DNA from: Lama glama
Lineage: Eukaryota
NCBI GenBank assembly: GCA_028534125.1
Contig: CM052832.1
Span: forward strand, 18,850,001-18,914,000
Length of the DNA stretch: 64,000 nt
Direction of reading: 5' to 3'
Shown here: positions 63,790 through 64,000 of the stretch, piece after piece
How positions within the stretch are numbered: the first letter of the stretch is position 1
How the letters are laid out: each line of letters opens with the position of its first letter
Made by a program: the position numbers and the translations under genes
Notes under the pieces: generated by a model
Database searches by the model: none
Seen by the model: the letters and a program-made list of their open reading frames with translations, nothing else
Told to the model about the DNA's origin: nothing

Positions 63790-63992
63790 GCTCGTTATTA
63801 ATGATGAGAGCTACCACTTAGCTGAGTCCCTGATGTACCCTAGGTCTTGTGCCAAACACTTTATTGACCTGATCTCATTTTAATTCTCAGCACTCCATTA
63901 TTTACATTTTACAGATGAGGAGGTTAAGTCATTCACCTAATGGCACACAGAGGCAGAATTCAGGTCTGTCTTAATCTATTGCCGGGGCTCTT
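63790..63992 (-). mobile_element. MIR SINE
   Basis: cattttacagatgaggaggttaag...gcagaattcaggtctgtct. Confidence 0.7.
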
Positions 63993-64000
63993 AGACATCT

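Noticed and set aside
35300..64000. CMAH coding exons (expected neighbour from recalled synteny)
   Set aside because: I could not find CMAH peptide motifs (e.g. CKHQGGLF, YLTHAC) in the ORF track or by reading. Short exons could have been missed; tblastn would be decisive.
1..64000. CRISPR array or prokaryotic/phage defence system
   Set aside because: The window is eukaryotic intronic/intergenic DNA. The direct repeats I found are TSD pairs or microsatellites, not repeat-spacer arrays.

Overview
Mammalian genomic DNA, most likely a camelid (alpaca/llama/camel), inferred from many tRNA-Ala-derived Vic-1-type SINEs and artiodactyl-type L1 3' ends. The only protein-coding gene I can support is the 5' end of CARMIL1 (LRRC16A) on the minus strand. 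It has a CpG-island promoter (~33.4-35.3 kb), coding exon 1 (34003-33964, 40 nt) and coding exon 2 (29163-29066, 98 nt), together encoding [46 protein letters not shown]. Positions 1-29065 are intron 2, which runs off the window; 35.3-64 kb is repeat-rich upstream sequence. Nearly all ORFs in the supplied track are spurious or L1-derived. The window has three placeholder gaps (500, 500 and 100 N). The most unusual item is a ~0.8-kb fossil Mutator/MuDR (MULE) DNA transposon at 48030-48840, with terminal inverted repeats, a 9-bp target-site duplication (TSD) and a readable transposase C-terminus. Other points of interest: a CARMIL1 5' leader with an AUG-UAG start-stop element, an RNA G-quadruplex and a possible small leader intron; two tail-only poly(A) retrotranspositions; an LTR apparently inserted into a SINE; a perfect 12-bp hairpin in a homeodomain-motif-rich segment; and strong CTCF motifs. 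I found no evidence of a wholly new multi-gene system. Family and gene names come from recognition, not database searches, and repeat boundaries are approximate unless a TSD is quoted.
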